A DNA stretch of 61,708 nt, filler included. It is 6 parts of 6 records of this genome, joined end to end, with 100 filler letters (N's around TTAATTAATTAA, not from the genome) between each part and the next. Parts side by side here need not be neighbours in the genome. Positions count along the whole stretch, not along the records: positions 55,699 to 61,708 come from SRR2962707_3106; 5 more parts are not named here. One strand, 5' to 3'. Below the pieces are notes generated by a model. The model had not been told where the DNA came from and did not search any database. It saw only the letters and a program-made list of their open reading frames with translations. The position numbers and the translations under genes were made by a program. Below are positions 60,401-61,708 of the stretch, in pieces (position 1 is the first letter of the stretch; every line of letters begins with the position of its first letter).

Positions 60401-61432
60401 CGACGCGAGCAACTCCAAGTGAGCACCACCGTGGCACCCTGCCATTACATAGGCTTTGAACGCTGCAGCAGACTCCTCCCGGGAGCAGCAGGACTGGATA
60501 TTGTTGATGATGTCCATGTGCGCCCACAAGGCTCCAACAGATGCCATCCCACGTCCGGGCTGTATTGAATCGATGGTGTACAGGTTCTGCAACGAGCGTG
60601 CTATCGGCAGCTGTGATCCAAGTGTATTGGTTTTTTCCTGTGCATACTTTGAGTTCTTCGAATGGCTGATAACAATGTCGCGTGCTTGGCTTGTAATTGC
60701 AGCAACAATCGTGCTCAGCTCCGAGCACAGCAGGCCAGCTGAGTACGGTCCGATTGCCTCGTCAACCTTGCCGGCCGCACCCCCTCCTGCATCAGCAGCA
60801 TGCTGCAATCTTGTTGAGCGAGGATTATCCGGTCGATGATGGTCGCGGTCAGAGTTGCCAATGCTTCCGTCCTGTTTGTTGAGTGGATTCAGCGATCTGT
60901 CACCATCCCGCGCTGCAGATTTGTCAAGGTTTTTCTCGGTCGTTGACCGACACTCTTCCAGTGCGTGTCTGGTATTTTCGCCGCCACCGCCGAAATCTCT
61001 ATCAGCGTTGCCTTCACTCCGAACGTCGCGCCCCATTTGTTCGGACGGAACCACTGGGTCGCAAATGGACAGACGCCTGGCTATGTCGAAGACCTGTCCG
61101 CTCCCGTGGCCCCTCACGCATTGTTCAACCCTTTCAAGAACGGGGGTCGTCCAGTTCTTGTTTGTGGCTGCCCAGCACAGCCGTGGTTCGTTCTGATCCG
61201 CTCCGTGACCAAGTTGATCGTCGGTAGTGCGGGAGTCGGAAAAAAAGCCAACCCACAAGCAATTGAACTTGTCGACGCGTTGGAACTCAAACACCCGTTC
61301 TCCTTTCCGTATCTGCCCCACTACGCTGGACGATGCGTCCGCACGCTCGTGGACACTGGCTCGTTCCGCCACGCACACCCACACTTGGTTGTTGCGACGT
61401 GGGAAAAAGAGGTTGACGTCTTTGGCTGACAT
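57402..61432 (-). CDS. Large unknown eukaryotic protein (about 1300 aa if spliced) with an N-terminal SH3-like domain
   Basis: Two long ORFs join in frame through a probable 83-nt GC-AG intron (58746-58828); N-terminal WVCV..ASVHERADASSSVVGQIRKGERV; both ends uncertain. Confidence 0.55.
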
Positions 61433-61708
61433 GATCTCGCTGTTGAGTGCCGCGTGAAAAGTAGCCGAGGCAAAGCGAAGCGAACGAGCGAGACTCAGTG
61501 ACTGGCCGCCAACGTTCCTTGATCTAGCAAGGGGCACCAACAAATATGCTGGGAGCTTGTTGAGAATTACTACTCAGCCCATGAAGTCACCCACAGGTTT
61601 GCATAAACTGTCCCTCCATCTTGCGCCTCCATCTCAACACACCCGCACAGCCGGGTCGTTCAGGACTCTTCCCATTGAAGAGGACACGTGCCAGCGCACC
61701 CGCCACAC

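Overview
This window is not one replicon. It is six unrelated contigs joined by five artificial 100-nt spacers (N44-TTAATTAATTAA-N44), so nothing should be linked across a spacer. Taxonomic guesses come from gene content and sequence style only. (1) 1-15209, GC-rich alphaproteobacterium (Parvibaculum-like): tRNA-Pro end, NDUFS4-like gene, tRNA-Arg, ku-ligD with an EcfG-type promoter, BON, Sel1, FAD oxidase, modABC, metC, aapJQMP. (2) 15310-30318, gammaproteobacterium (Alcanivorax-like): RND efflux/TetR, an NtrC/sigma54-type FNT + PP2C-kinase operon, dedA, an alkylation/electrophile defence block (GST-ogt, LysR, ada-alkA-ogt) bracketed by REP doublets, VOC, MFS. (3) 30419-36480, intron-rich microbial eukaryote: a spliced LPMO-like gene with Trp at the usual axial Tyr/Phe position, plus EEP and histidine-phosphatase exons that may be one fused gene. 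(4) 36581-43366, Marinobacter-like housekeeping genes. (5) 43467-55598, Thalassospira-like: a three-gene EPS module and an AmiC/AmiR-controlled ABC transporter-amidase operon with an attenuator leader. (6) 55699-61708, eukaryote: a spliced Ulp1/SENP protease and a large unknown gene with a probable GC-AG intron. The best novelty candidates are the Trp-axial LPMO-like protein, the REP-bracketed alkylation-defence module, the FNT/kinase-phosphatase unit and the non-canonical ANTAR leader. None could be checked against databases.
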